In this document: one piece after another, positions 9,880-19,817 of the stretch
How the letters are laid out: the number at the start of each line of letters is the position of its first letter
Position numbering within the stretch: position 1 is the stretch's first letter
Source of the DNA: Coraliomargarita sp.
GTDB lineage: Bacteria > Verrucomicrobiota > Verrucomicrobiia > Opitutales > Coraliomargaritaceae
Reading direction: 5' to 3'
DNA: 64,000 nt
Assembly: GCA_965216325.1 (NCBI GenBank)
Contig: OZ244160.1
Location: 2,048,001-2,112,000, forward strand
Program-made: the position numbers and the translations under genes
The notes under the pieces: generated by a model
Told to the model about the DNA's origin: nothing
Databases searched by the model: none
What the model saw: the letters and a program-made list of their open reading frames with translations, nothing else

Positions 9880-10884
9880 TAGCGCTGGCCAGTCTTTGTC
9901 CGGGATGAGTGTCACGCCGTTGGTGCGGGTGGAGAGTTTCCAATAGAGGCCCGCTGCGGAGGGATCGCCCTCGAAGGGAAAGAGGATGACGTTGATTGGG
10001 TAAGTGAAGCGTTTATTGATAGCAGCGTTGAAGAGCACCACGCGATCGGCTTCGCTGAGTGAGCTGCGGGAAGTGGGCGCGGTTGGTAGGCCGTCGCTCA
10101 TCAGGAGCATGCTGTTCGGGCGCTCCTTTTGAGCGAGTATGGTGTTGATGCCTTTTTGTAGATTAGCTCCGCCGCTGGCTTCGAGCTTATCGAGTCGTTC
10201 GAGCGTTGCGAGGAGTGCGGCGTTGTCGTAAGGATCAATATAAGGGTTTTGAGGACTTCCGGTGAGTGGGGTCGTCTCGGTGTTCATTTGAAAAATCGCG
10301 ACGCGAGTGCCTTTGGGGATGGCGGCAAGCACGGCACGCACTGCGGCTTTGGCGCGCAGCCATTTTTCAGACTTTTTGCCGGTGCCTTGTTGGAGCATGT
10401 CGACCGCTTCGCGCGCATTGGTTGCCAGCATACTGCCGGAGTTTTCGAGTAGAATCACGGTGCGGGGTCCACGCAGTTTGAGGCCGGATAGATAACTGCG
10501 GTCTGCTGAGGGGCGGTCCAGTGATGCGGGGTCGGCTTCGGGCTGAGGCGTTTCGAGTGAAGCGAGTTTCTGCATCTCGGCTTCGACCTCTTTAGCCAGT
10601 CGTTCCTGTTCTGCAGCCAGTTCGGCGAGGCTGGTGGCGTTGGTATCCGGTTGTGGATCGAGTGCGGAGATGTCCTTATCCAAGGATTTCTGTTTGGCTT
10701 CGGCTTCTTCGATGGCAGCCTGGAGAGTTTCAGCTGCTTGCACCGATTGGCTGGCATCCTCTTCGCTGATAATAATCTGCCGCTTCGCAGTCAGTATGAA
10801 GAGTAGGAGCACGGCACCGAAGCCACAGCAGATACAGTCCATGAAGGATAGTGCGGAGCTTTGGGCTTCTCGGCGTTTGGCCAT
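9877..10884 (-). CDS. Membrane-anchored vWA-domain protein, paralog of 8739-9731
   Basis: SFMDCICCGFGAVLLLF, ENSGSM and SDGLP motifs. Confidence 0.85.
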   Translation of the reverse strand: MAKRREAQSSALSFMDCICCGFGAVLLLFILTAKRQIIISEEDASQSVQAAETLQAAIEEAEAKQKSLDKDISALDPQPDTNATSLAELAAEQERLAKEVEAEMQKLASLETPQPEADPASLDRPSADRSYLSGLKLRGPRTVILLENSGSMLATNAREAVDMLQQGTGKKSEKWLRAKAAVRAVLAAIPKGTRVAIFQMNTETTPLTGSPQNPYIDPYDNAALLATLERLDKLEASGGANLQKGINTILAQKERPNSMLLMSDGLPTAPTSRSSLSEADRVVLFNAAINKRFTYPINVILFPFEGDPSAAGLYWKLSTRTNGVTLIPDKDWPAL

Positions 10885-10897
10885 GCTTTTTAGGAAT

Positions 10898-10982
10898 TCT
10901 TAATCTTACTCTTAATCGTGATCCTAATCTTCCTGTATGCTCGGTCGGGATTAAGATTAAGAGTAGGATTATGATTAAGATT
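10898..10982. repeat. Inverted 6-nt periodic repeat (TCTTAA/TTAAGA)
   Basis: tcttaa-tcttac-tcttaa-tcgtga-tcctaa versus gggatt-aagatt-aagagt-aggatt-atgatt-aagatt. Confidence 0.8.
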
Positions 10983-11919
10983 CAGGCTCGTTGTTCTGGT
11001 CTTTACTTGCTGAGGAAGCGGCGGGCTCTGCTGAGGGGTCGTCTCCTTCGGTAGTCGCTTCGTCGACAGGCTCGGTCTTGTCATAGAGCTTATCAATGAT
11101 CTGCTCGCGGCAGTAAGTTTGGAGGCGGAGGATCAGGCCTTCTTGGTTGCTTTGAAGAAGATGGATCAAAAGCATTAGAATGATACTGATGAACAGTGCG
11201 ACGAGGGTGGAGTTGAACGCGACACCCAGTGCGGTGGTCACGCCGGAAATGTCACCCTGCAGGGCTTCATCGGCACGGCGCAGCGCGACACCGATACCGC
11301 GGACAGTGCCAATGAATCCAATCGATGGAATGGCCCAGACTAAGTAACGCAGCATGGAGAGTTCACTCTCTTGTTGTTCCGCGGCGACTTCAAGTCGGCC
11401 CATCATGGTGTCGGTGGCTTCGGGAACGCTGCCGGTCATGTGGTAGCGCTCCAGCCCGCGCGCGATGACATAGGGCAGGATCTTGTTCTTCTGCTCGGGT
11501 TCCGCGCTGAGCTGGTCGACTTGCTTGGAGAGTTCGCTTGCGCGCTGGCGGGAGATGTTGTTTGCCCCGGCTACCAGATCGATCTCCGGACGACTGTCTT
11601 CATCGCTGGGTTCGTAGCGATCCAGCACGCTCGCTTCACCCGTCACTAGGATGAATTTATACACCAAAATCATGACGCCCCAGACCAGCAGGGAAAAGCA
11701 GATCTGTTGTTCGTAGTCCTTGAGTATAACAAAGATATTGGACCATGCGCCTCCGCCACCTTCGACGCCGAGTTCGCTGGCGAGTGCTGTCTTGTTGGCG
11801 GTGGGGCGTATGACCCCTCCATACAGGACGCCTACGAAAATAAATGAGGCAATGAGACCGAGGCTGGAGATGAGGCCTTTGACTGTAAATAGGCCGCGTT
11901 CAGGATTGCGTAAGCTCAT
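10975..11919 (-). CDS. MotA/TolQ/ExbB proton-channel family protein
   Basis: WAIPSIGFIGTVRGI and LGVAFNSTLVAL TM motifs. Confidence 0.9.
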   Translation of the reverse strand: MSLRNPERGLFTVKGLISSLGLIASFIFVGVLYGGVIRPTANKTALASELGVEGGGGAWSNIFVILKDYEQQICFSLLVWGVMILVYKFILVTGEASVLDRYEPSDEDSRPEIDLVAGANNISRQRASELSKQVDQLSAEPEQKNKILPYVIARGLERYHMTGSVPEATDTMMGRLEVAAEQQESELSMLRYLVWAIPSIGFIGTVRGIGVALRRADEALQGDISGVTTALGVAFNSTLVALFISIILMLLIHLLQSNQEGLILRLQTYCREQIIDKLYDKTEPVDEATTEGDDPSAEPAASSASKDQNNEPES

Positions 11920-12090
11920 GGGTGTGTGGGTCGGTGATTTGCAGAAAACTATCGTTACTTTTCAGAAATAATAAAACAAAATCCCCATTCTGTTGACTCA
12001 TTACAATTGAAACCGGTCCATTGCTTTTTGATTAAATTGACCTGATTCAATACATTGCATTTTCGATCAATTAACTTAGCGTTCCCTACC

Positions 12091-12639
12091 ATGACCAAAA
12101 CTTCCCTCTTCGCGATTTTCTCGGCTTTAGCGCTCCTTGTCTCTGGTTGTAATACTACCTCTAGTGGCACTGGACAGACGACGGGCGCTGTGGGTGGTGC
12201 CATTCTTGGTGGCATTGCGGGCGCACAGATGGGCGATGGTGGAGACGCCAACATTGTTGCGGGTGCGATCATTGGCGGTATTCTCGGTGGTATGGCGGGC
12301 AATCAATACGACAAACGACGTGAGCAACTCGAAGCGGAAGAAGCCCAGCGCCAATACGAGTATGAGCAAGAAGTTGCTGCTCAGGAGAAGCTGGAGCGTG
12401 AGATTGAGGCCTTGGAGAAGAAGCAAGTGCAGGAGGAAATCGCCCGCACGGCGACCGATGCAGATGTCACCGCTGCTGAGCGCGAAGCAGCTCGTTTAGA
12501 GGCGGAGCTGGCCGCCAAGAAGAAGGCTTACGAGGATTCCATTGAACGTGCCGAGCGTATTCAAGATGCCCAGGAGCGCATTGCTCAAGCGCAGAAGGAA
12601 CTCGATGAAATGGAAGCGCGGGAGAACGCAGCGAATTAG
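12091..12639 (+). CDS. Glycine-zipper lipoprotein with C-terminal coiled coil
   Basis: Lipobox VSGC; GAVGGAILGGIAG...GAIIGGILGGMAG. Confidence 0.85.
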   Translation: MTKTSLFAIFSALALLVSGCNTTSSGTGQTTGAVGGAILGGIAGAQMGDGGDANIVAGAIIGGILGGMAGNQYDKRREQLEAEEAQRQYEYEQEVAAQEKLEREIEALEKKQVQEEIARTATDADVTAAEREAARLEAELAAKKKAYEDSIERAERIQDAQERIAQAQKELDEMEARENAAN

Positions 12640-12644
12640 ATTTC

Positions 12645-12760
12645 GGTAGGGCAGCCTCACCAAGGCTCCCGCTTGGCATGACTGCTGTTCGCTGATCCAC
12701 AAGTTTTAGTTGCCGTCTTAATATTTAGGCGAACGGCTGTCTCGGTGAGACAGCCCTACC
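12645..12760. repeat. GTAG-type REPIN (two inverted REP palindromes)
   Basis: ggtagggcagcctcaccaaggc...ggctgtctcggtgagacagccctacc. Confidence 0.75.
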
Positions 12761-12765
12761 AACAA

Positions 12766-12798
12766 AATAGGCGCCCGGGGTTAACTCGGGCGCCTATT
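12766..12798. terminator. Hairpin between convergent genes, probable bidirectional terminator
   Basis: aataggcgcccg-gggttaact-cgggcgcctatt perfect stem. Confidence 0.6.
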
Positions 12799-12822
12799 GT
12801 CTGCTAAAGCGAGTGCTCTAGA

Positions 12823-12966
12823 TTACTCGGCTGCTTCTTTCACTGCATCTGCAGCGTCTTCGATAGCGTCCTTGGCTTTGTCTTCATCGCTTTTCGCGCA
12901 GCCGGTTGCAAAACCGCCGAGCATTGCGAGAGAGAGCAGGAGGAGGGCGAGTTGTTTCATTTTCAT
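12823..12966 (-). CDS. Small lipoprotein (~47 aa)
   Basis: MKMKQLALLLLSLAMLGGFATGC followed by an acidic/Ala-rich helix. Confidence 0.75.
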   Translation of the reverse strand: MKMKQLALLLLSLAMLGGFATGCAKSDEDKAKDAIEDAADAVKEAAE

Positions 12967-13169
12967 GATAGTCCCTTGGTTATGATATACTCCCAGAATT
13001 GAGAGAGCTGTATTCTGCTCAAGAATAAGGGGGAATCCAAGGCTATTCTTGCTATGCATTACGCGGTAAAAGTTAGAGAAATAGCTGTGATTAAGCTCAG
13101 TTGCGCTCAGCCGCTCTTTACGGAAACGATTGACGCGGACCAACTTGGCATCCATCTCAGCACGGCATT

Positions 13170-14237
13170 ATGACGACCACACTTGAAGGCTTGCGCTTTG
13201 GCGCGATTGAAGAGCGACTTACCGCGGCGGGGGTGAACCCTGTGCATGCGAAGCCGTTGTTCAATGCGGTGCACCGTAAGCTGTTGCGTGATGGCTTGGA
13301 TACTCAGGAGTCGATTTTGCCGCCCTTGCAGCGTTGGCTCGCGGCTGAGGGTGCCCCGGCCTTTTGCTCGATCGAACAGGTAGACGAGACGCCCAGCAGT
13401 GATGGCTATACCCATAAGTATCTACTGAAGCTTGGTGATGGCCGCGAAGTGGAGTCCGTGCAGATGGGCTTTCCCGGGCGTTTTACTGCCTGCCTGAGCA
13501 CGCAGGTGGGCTGTGCAATGGGCTGTGTCTTTTGCGCCACGGGCAAAATGGGCTTTTCGCGGAATTTGACTGCCGGCGAGATTGTGGCTCAGGCACTGCA
13601 CGTTGAGCGGCAGCTCCGCGCCAATCATGGCGATCGCCTGCGTAATCTGGTGATGATGGGCATGGGCGAGCCCTTGCATAACTATGAGCCAATGATGGAG
13701 GCTTTGGATATCCTGACGGATACCCGTGGGCTGAATATTGGCCCTGCGCGTGTGGCGATCAGCACGGTGGGCTATCTACCTGGCATCAAGAAATTGATGC
13801 ACCATCCCAAGCGCTATTCACTAGCGGTGAGTTTGCATGGCGCGAGTGATGAGGAGCGTGGAAAGTTGATTCCGATCAATAAGCGTTGGCCGCTTGCTGA
13901 GCTGTTGGAGACTTGCCGAGAGTATTCCGCGACCAAGCGTGCGCGCGTGTTCTTTGCCTGGACCTTGATCAAGAATGTTAATGACAGTGATGACCATGCG
14001 CATCGACTTGCCAATTTGTTAAAGGGCATGGATGCACACGTGAATCTGATTCCGCTCAATCCGACTGAGGACTTCGACGGGCAGGCGCCTGACGAAGCGC
14101 GTGTGCGGGCTTTCCAGCAGATCATTCAGGATGCCGGACTGCCAAGCACGGTGCGCCAGCGTCGCGGTATCGACGTCGCTGCTGGTTGCGGTCAGCTCAA
14201 GGCGAAGAAGGTGGCTCGGCCAGCGACTCGCTGCTAA
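13170..14237 (+). CDS. rlmN: Radical SAM RNA methyltransferase, RlmN family
   Basis: STQVGCAMGCVFC, MGMGEP and C-terminal AAGCGQL; could be a paralog. Confidence 0.85.
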   Translation: MTTTLEGLRFGAIEERLTAAGVNPVHAKPLFNAVHRKLLRDGLDTQESILPPLQRWLAAEGAPAFCSIEQVDETPSSDGYTHKYLLKLGDGREVESVQMGFPGRFTACLSTQVGCAMGCVFCATGKMGFSRNLTAGEIVAQALHVERQLRANHGDRLRNLVMMGMGEPLHNYEPMMEALDILTDTRGLNIGPARVAISTVGYLPGIKKLMHHPKRYSLAVSLHGASDEERGKLIPINKRWPLAELLETCREYSATKRARVFFAWTLIKNVNDSDDHAHRLANLLKGMDAHVNLIPLNPTEDFDGQAPDEARVRAFQQIIQDAGLPSTVRQRRGIDVAAGCGQLKAKKVARPATRC

Positions 14238-14550
14238 TCGTGTAGGGCTGGTCGGTTCATCTGTAGAGTAGACTTGGTGATCGAGTATGATGAGTGATCT
14301 CATGGGCTGTGGGCCCTCCGAGCCAAAATTGCTGCCGGGTCTTCGGTGCTCTAGATTGCCGGCTTGGTGGTAGTGAATACTTCCTTGGATCACGACCGCA
14401 CGGAAGTGCGAGCCAAGTTGAGTGGTTGGCACTCGCCATCGGAGGCGAGGATGATCTCAACCGGTTTCATTGTTAGCTGCAGCTAACTGGTCAGGGAGCG
14501 CGAATGCTACCGTGAGGATTGCGGTCTTGGTCATTGCTTGGAGTCGCTTG

Positions 14551-15564
14551 TTAAAATCCGCTGAGCACATTCTTGCCAATGACTCGGCCGCTCTCCTGTT
14601 GGGTGTGTGCTTCTTTCAATGTTTCAACGCTGAGGCTGCCGAGCTTGCTGGTGACGGTTGATTGCAGTGTGCCATCGTCGAGTAGCACCGAAATGCGGTT
14701 GAGTAGCTCGTGTTGCTTTGTGATGTCGCTGGTTTGGAACATCGAGCGGGCGAACATGAACTCCCAGCGCAGGCTGAGTGATTTGAGCTTCAGGGCATTG
14801 GCATCCAGAGTCTCGGGGTCATCGATTAGCGCGATTTGGCCGCGTGGTTGGATGAGTTGGATGATTGCAGGAAAATGGCCTTCGGTGCCGTTGAGTGAGG
14901 CGACATATTTGGGTTGGATCTTGAGTGCGGCTATTTGCTCGACGAGTGACTCGCGATGATTGATCACGTGGTCGGCTCCCATTTTCGTGACCCAGTCGAT
15001 GGTGTCTGGGCGTGAGGCAGTCGCAATGACGGTCAGTTGAGTGAGTTTTTTCGCGAGTTGGATGAGGATCGATCCGACCCCGCCAGCACCGCCGATGATG
15101 AGGAGGGCCTCGCCCTTGCCTCCGCCTTCTGAGAGATCCAGTGACTCGAACAGTAGTTCCCACGCGGTAATCGAGGTGAGTGGCATCCCTGCAGCCTCGG
15201 CAAAGTTCAATGATGCGGGCTTCTTGCCGACGATGCGCTCATCAACTGCGTGAAGCTCTGAATTGGTGCCGGGGCGCGTAATGTCACCCGCGTAGAAGAC
15301 TTCGTCACCGACCTTGAAGAGGCGGACCTCGCTGCCCACTTCGCGGACGATTCCAGCGGCATCGTAGCCGATGATTTTGGTTTGGCCGGGCTCCGGGCCC
15401 ATTTTCGGACGAGTGCGGACTTTGACGTCTACAGGGTTGACCGAGATGCCCCTTACTTCCACCAGCAGGTCGCGAGGCCCGAATTCCGGTGTTTGGGCAT
15501 CAAATTCGATGAGAGAATCAGGGGCCGTGATTGGGCCGGTTTGTTTGTATCCAATCGCTTTCAT
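14551..15564 (-). CDS. Zinc-binding alcohol dehydrogenase/quinone oxidoreductase family protein
   Basis: [23 protein letters not shown] and WEFMFARS motifs. Confidence 0.92.
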   Translation of the reverse strand: MKAIGYKQTGPITAPDSLIEFDAQTPEFGPRDLLVEVRGISVNPVDVKVRTRPKMGPEPGQTKIIGYDAAGIVREVGSEVRLFKVGDEVFYAGDITRPGTNSELHAVDERIVGKKPASLNFAEAAGMPLTSITAWELLFESLDLSEGGGKGEALLIIGGAGGVGSILIQLAKKLTQLTVIATASRPDTIDWVTKMGADHVINHRESLVEQIAALKIQPKYVASLNGTEGHFPAIIQLIQPRGQIALIDDPETLDANALKLKSLSLRWEFMFARSMFQTSDITKQHELLNRISVLLDDGTLQSTVTSKLGSLSVETLKEAHTQQESGRVIGKNVLSGF

Positions 15565-15692
15565 TGTGCTATGCATATGCAGTTTTGTGAAATACGCATC
15601 CATGGAGTTCACATTTGGGCCTTTTTTGTTTGCGCTTGGTTCAGCAGCTTCGATGCTCCGCAGATGCTAATAGGCCTGTTTTTTTTGGGCGC

Positions 15693-15730
15693 AAAAAAAG
15701 CCCGCAAGTGTCTGACTTGCAGGCTTTTTT
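15693..15730 (-). terminator. Terminator after tRNA-Lys
   Basis: aaaaaaagcccgcaag...cttgcaggctttttt. Confidence 0.7.
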
Positions 15731-15735
15731 AGAAC

Positions 15736-15811
<76 letters not shown>

Positions 15812-15953
15812 CCGTTCTTGTGAGAAGCGAAGGACCAAAGGCCTCTGCTCGGGCTTTGTCAAGGATAGGAAATCAAGATTTTTTCATTTTGAACGTCTTT
15901 TGCTGGAACAAATCTAAGGTTTCAACGATCTAGTTTATCGAGAACCTTTCACC

Positions 15954-16556
15954 ATGACTACAAAATCAGAATCCGCACTACGCGACGAGCTCCTCATCCA
16001 GCGCATCAAGCAGGGGGAAGCCGCCGCATACAATGATATGGTCGATTGCTATTGGGACCGTATTTTCGCGCGCGTGCATAGTCTGCTAAAGAATAAGCAG
16101 GATGCTGAGGAGGTGACTCAGGACGCTTTTATCCGTGCACACCGTGGTCTCGAAAATTTCCGTGGCGACGCATCGTTTTCCACATGGCTGTATCAAATCG
16201 CAACCAATCTGGCTCACAATCGCTACTGGTATTGGTTCCGCCGCAAGCGTGATCAGTCGATTTCTCTGGATCAGCCTCTGTCCGATGACGGCGCATTGAC
16301 CCTTGAGAATGTGATGCCGGCTGCCGGGGAATCACCTGCTGAAGCTGCCGTGACGCAAGAGTTCGTGGATCGTGTTTCGGACTGTATGTCCGGGCTCAAC
16401 GAGAAGCACCGTGAGGTCTTGCTGTTGCGCAACGTGCACAATTTGTCCTATGAGGACATTGCCAATGAGTTGGATATCAGTGTCGGCACCGTGAAGAGCC
16501 GTATTGCCCGTGCGCGTGAAAGTCTGCGCGAGTTGATGGGCCGTGAGTTTGCATGA
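15954..16556 (+). CDS. ECF RNA polymerase sigma factor (RpoE-like)
   Basis: DAEEVTQDAF, FSTWLYQIATN and GTVKSRIARAR motifs. Confidence 0.93.
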   Translation: MTTKSESALRDELLIQRIKQGEAAAYNDMVDCYWDRIFARVHSLLKNKQDAEEVTQDAFIRAHRGLENFRGDASFSTWLYQIATNLAHNRYWYWFRRKRDQSISLDQPLSDDGALTLENVMPAAGESPAEAAVTQEFVDRVSDCMSGLNEKHREVLLLRNVHNLSYEDIANELDISVGTVKSRIARARESLRELMGREFA

Positions 16557-17245
16557 CAGATGAGAAGTTCAGAGAACTTGTAAACCTTTATCTCGACAAG
16601 GAGATTGACTCCGCAGAGATGGAGTTGTTGCAGGCCACGATCAGCTCCGACGCTGCACGCCAGCGGGAGTTTGATACGTCGTGTCGTTTGCATTATGCAA
16701 TGCGCTCTGCGCTGGAGACCGAAGTCGCAAGCAATGAAAAAGCCTGTTCGCTCAGTCGGAATCGCACTTGCTGGATTGTGGGGCTCGGTATGGCGGCGAG
16801 TTTTGTGCTGGGGGGCGTGCTGTTGAAGCCTCTGCTCACTGATCCGAGTGGTTTAAGTGAGGCGGAGGTGCAGGACGCGCTACACTCGGCTGAGTTGTTG
16901 CAGCAGCGCCGGGGGCACTTTGATCGTTATATGGCGGTTCAGCGTGAGCAGGCACAGCAGGCCTGCGGGCTGGCGGCCAAGCTGCGGTTATTGGGGCTTG
17001 GGCCTGAGTCGGTGCCTAGTGATTATCAAATGCAGCCTGTGGATCTGACAGTTAATCGGGTTCACCTTGAGTGGGTCGGTAATGAGCCGCATTGGACGAT
17101 TGAGCGTATCCATCGCGTTGGTATTGATGCGATTCATCCTCATGCTGTCATTCGCATCGAGCGTAGCTCAGTGCCGGCACCACTGATGCCGGACTTTTTC
17201 GTTGCCGACGATTATGCGGGCGGCTTCGGGGATATTGGTCAGTAG
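16553..17245 (+). CDS. Putative transmembrane anti-sigma factor
   Basis: ATGA overlap with the sigma gene; LVNLYLDKEI anti-sigma-like N-terminus; one TM (GLGMAASFVLG). Confidence 0.7.
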   Translation: MTDEKFRELVNLYLDKEIDSAEMELLQATISSDAARQREFDTSCRLHYAMRSALETEVASNEKACSLSRNRTCWIVGLGMAASFVLGGVLLKPLLTDPSGLSEAEVQDALHSAELLQQRRGHFDRYMAVQREQAQQACGLAAKLRLLGLGPESVPSDYQMQPVDLTVNRVHLEWVGNEPHWTIERIHRVGIDAIHPHAVIRIERSSVPAPLMPDFFVADDYAGGFGDIGQ

Positions 17246-17324
17246 GTGCGGGGCGGCTTAGCTTAGTCCTTTGGGTGGCAATTGTCGTAGGGGCGCGGAT
17301 CGTAGAGTCGTCGATGCCCAGCTT

Positions 17325-17930
17325 TTAGGACAGGGCTAAGCGAATCAGGTCTTCGACGCTGGCATCTGCAGCAGCTTTGCTACTTGCTTTGCGCACCAGT
17401 TTATCGGCATCGGCGGGTTTGTAGCCGAGTGTAATTAAGCTGGCTACCGCGTCTTGGAAACTGCTTGGTGTCGCTGAGCTGTTCGTTTTCGGCGACTCAT
17501 TGCTTTCAACCGGTGTGCTGCCTTCCGCGAAGACTTTGTCCTTCAATTCGATGACTAGGCGTTCGGCGGTCTTCTTGCCAATTCCCGGGCATTTTGAAAG
17601 TAGGGCGATGTCGGAACTGGCGATCGCACTGCGCAGCACGTCTACCGACATCCTACTGAGGATGCTGATGCCGATCTTGGGCCCAATTCCGGAGACGCGC
17701 TCAACCAGTAGGCGGAAGAAGTCACGATCGGTGCGGCTGGCAAAGCCGTAGAGTGTGGCACTGTCTTCCCGGTAGACTGAGTGCACAAATAGGCTGCACT
17801 CCTGGCCTATGGCAGGGACACGTTCGGCAGTGGTTACGGGAATGTGAACTTCGTAGCCCAAACCGCCGGCTTCCAGCACGACGAGTAGTGGTGTCGATTC
17901 AAGAACGGTGCCTTTGATGCGAGCGATCAA
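17325..17930 (-). CDS. ruvA: Holliday junction branch migration protein RuvA
   Basis: GGLGYEV, LYGF, VSGIGPK and PGIGKKTAERL motifs; TTG start. Confidence 0.96.
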   Translation of the reverse strand: MIARIKGTVLESTPLLVVLEAGGLGYEVHIPVTTAERVPAIGQECSLFVHSVYREDSATLYGFASRTDRDFFRLLVERVSGIGPKIGISILSRMSVDVLRSAIASSDIALLSKCPGIGKKTAERLVIELKDKVFAEGSTPVESNESPKTNSSATPSSFQDAVASLITLGYKPADADKLVRKASSKAAADASVEDLIRLALS

Positions 17931-17937
17931 TTCTTAA

Positions 17938-18013
17938 GTGGAAAGGTGTGAAGGTGGGAAAGTGGAAAGGTGCTGACTTTTTACTTTTTATACTTTGCGA
18001 CATTCAAACATTC
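17938..18013. repeat. 8-nt periodic repeat with a degenerate inverted arm
   Basis: gtggaaag-gtgtgaag-gtgggaaa-gtggaaag, then actttt.../acattc units. Confidence 0.55.
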
Positions 18014-18027
18014 GCCGAAGGCGGACG

Positions 18028-18765
18028 CTAGTCTGTCAGTCCGAGCACGTCTTCCATGTTGTAGATGCCTGGCGCTTTGCCGACTGCCCAATGTGCTGCC
18101 CGCACGGAGCCTTGAGCAAAGATCTTGCGATCGGTCGCACGGTGGGTGAGCTCGATGCGCTCGCCGTCGCCACAGAAGTAAACGGTGTGCTCGCCGACGA
18201 TGTCGCCACCGCGGATGGCGTGGACGCCAATTTCTTTACGTGGGCGTGCGCCGACAAGGCCTTCGCGGCCGTGCACAACTTGGTCTTTGCCGAGTTCGTA
18301 AGCGTCGCGCAGGATTTCAATTAGACGCTCAGCGGTGCCGCTTGGTGCGTCCTTCTTGTGGTGGTGGTGCATCTCGAGCACTTCCGGCTCGTATTGCTCG
18401 CCCAAGATGGTCGCAGCCTTGCGGGTCAAGTAGTTGAGTGTGTTGACGCCGACGGAGTAGTTGCCGGCCCAAACGACAGGGATTTTGCCTTCAACCGCTT
18501 GAAGAATCTCGGCGCGCTCTTCGTCGGTGTGGCCGGTCGTACCGATAACCAGCGGTAGCTTGTGCTCCGCTGCAAGTTTGGCGATGCCTGCAGTCACTTC
18601 ATGGAAGCTGAAGTCGATGATGGCGTCACACTCGGCGACGGTAAGAGATGGGTCGTCACCAGCATCACATGCAGAGTGGATGACTGCGTCGTTGGCTTCG
18701 GCGACATTGATGATGGCCACGCCCATGCGGCCACGTGAACCATTGAGAAGAATCTTAAGAGGCAT
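18028..18765 (-). CDS. dapB: 4-hydroxy-tetrahydrodipicolinate reductase
   Basis: GSRGRMG, IGTTG and EMHHHHKKDAPSGTA motifs. Confidence 0.97.
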   Translation of the reverse strand: MPLKILLNGSRGRMGVAIINVAEANDAVIHSACDAGDDPSLTVAECDAIIDFSFHEVTAGIAKLAAEHKLPLVIGTTGHTDEERAEILQAVEGKIPVVWAGNYSVGVNTLNYLTRKAATILGEQYEPEVLEMHHHHKKDAPSGTAERLIEILRDAYELGKDQVVHGREGLVGARPRKEIGVHAIRGGDIVGEHTVYFCGDGERIELTHRATDRKIFAQGSVRAAHWAVGKAPGIYNMEDVLGLTD

Positions 18766-18803
18766 TCGAAAGTGATGGTGAAGGTGAGAGTTGGGAAGGC
18801 GTG

Positions 18804-19697
18804 TTACTTTACAAGGCCCAGCTCGGCGAGGAGTGGATCCAGCACTGCCTTGGTCGGCTCGGTGATCGGGCTCAATGGCAGGCGGACTTCGTCAGATCCG
18901 ATGATATCCGCTTGCTTGAGTGCATACTTGATCGGTACCGGGTTTGGCTCGAGGAAGATCGCCTTGAAGAGCGGGTAATACTTCAGGAACGTTTCGCGTG
19001 CGGCGCTGTAGTTGCCGGCGTTGGCATCGGCGACCATTTTAACGAGTGGTGCGACGACGAGGTTGGACGCAACGCTGATCACACCAGTTGCGCCAGCAGA
19101 CATGAATGGTAGAGTGAGGCCATCGTCGCCGCTCATTACGGCGTAGTCGGGGCCAAGTGTGCGCACGTAGTCGATGACCTTCTCGCAGGAGCCTTCTGCA
19201 GCCTTCATGCAGCACACGTGCGGATACTTTTCGTAAAGTCGTGCGGTGACGTCGACGGAAATTTCGATGCCACAGCGGCCTGGGATCGAATAAAGAATGA
19301 TCGGCTTTTCGGTGACTTCAGCGATTTGGCTGAAGTGGAGGAAGAGGCCTTCTTGGCTAGGCTTGTTGTAGTAGGGCGCCACTACCAGGAAGCCGTCTGC
19401 CCCAGCAGCCTCGGCTTCGCGTGTCAGTTCGACCGCTTCAGCAGTCGAGTTGGAGCCGGTTCCGGCATAGACGGGCACCTTACCGGATGCGGCGCTGACA
19501 GTCGCGCGGATGACGTCGAGGTGCTCCTGGGTGTCGAGTGTCGGGGATTCGCCCGTGGTGCCGACGGATACTAGGCCATCAATGCCGCCTGCGAGTTGGT
19601 GCGCGATGAGTGCGTTCAGATCATCGTAAGCAACTGCGCCGTCGCGCATGGGTGTCGCCAGTGCGGTGAAAACGCCTGAGAATTGATTTGTGTTCAT
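18804..19697 (-). CDS. dapA: 4-hydroxy-tetrahydrodipicolinate synthase
   Basis: GTTGESPTL, PYYNKPSQEG and NPVPIK motifs. Confidence 0.96.
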   Translation of the reverse strand: MNTNQFSGVFTALATPMRDGAVAYDDLNALIAHQLAGGIDGLVSVGTTGESPTLDTQEHLDVIRATVSAASGKVPVYAGTGSNSTAEAVELTREAEAAGADGFLVVAPYYNKPSQEGLFLHFSQIAEVTEKPIILYSIPGRCGIEISVDVTARLYEKYPHVCCMKAAEGSCEKVIDYVRTLGPDYAVMSGDDGLTLPFMSAGATGVISVASNLVVAPLVKMVADANAGNYSAARETFLKYYPLFKAIFLEPNPVPIKYALKQADIIGSDEVRLPLSPITEPTKAVLDPLLAELGLVK

Positions 19698-19817
19698 GGT
19701 CACTGCTGAAAAGATTGTGGCCAGTAGAGGATGCTGGCCAGTTAAGTTCTAACAAGGTCGATATCGTTCTGCTTGTTCAACAGTAAATTTTGCCCTGAAC
19801 CTTCAAACTTCTTACCG

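Noticed and set aside
9734..9943. Small ORFs across periodic repeats (also 10890-11096)
   Set aside because: Translations such as NVEHRTSN and LNLNHN merely reflect the DNA periodicity.
13170..14237. Cfr resistance methyltransferase
   Set aside because: MGMGEP and the overall sequence fit RlmN; a phylogeny would be needed to claim otherwise.
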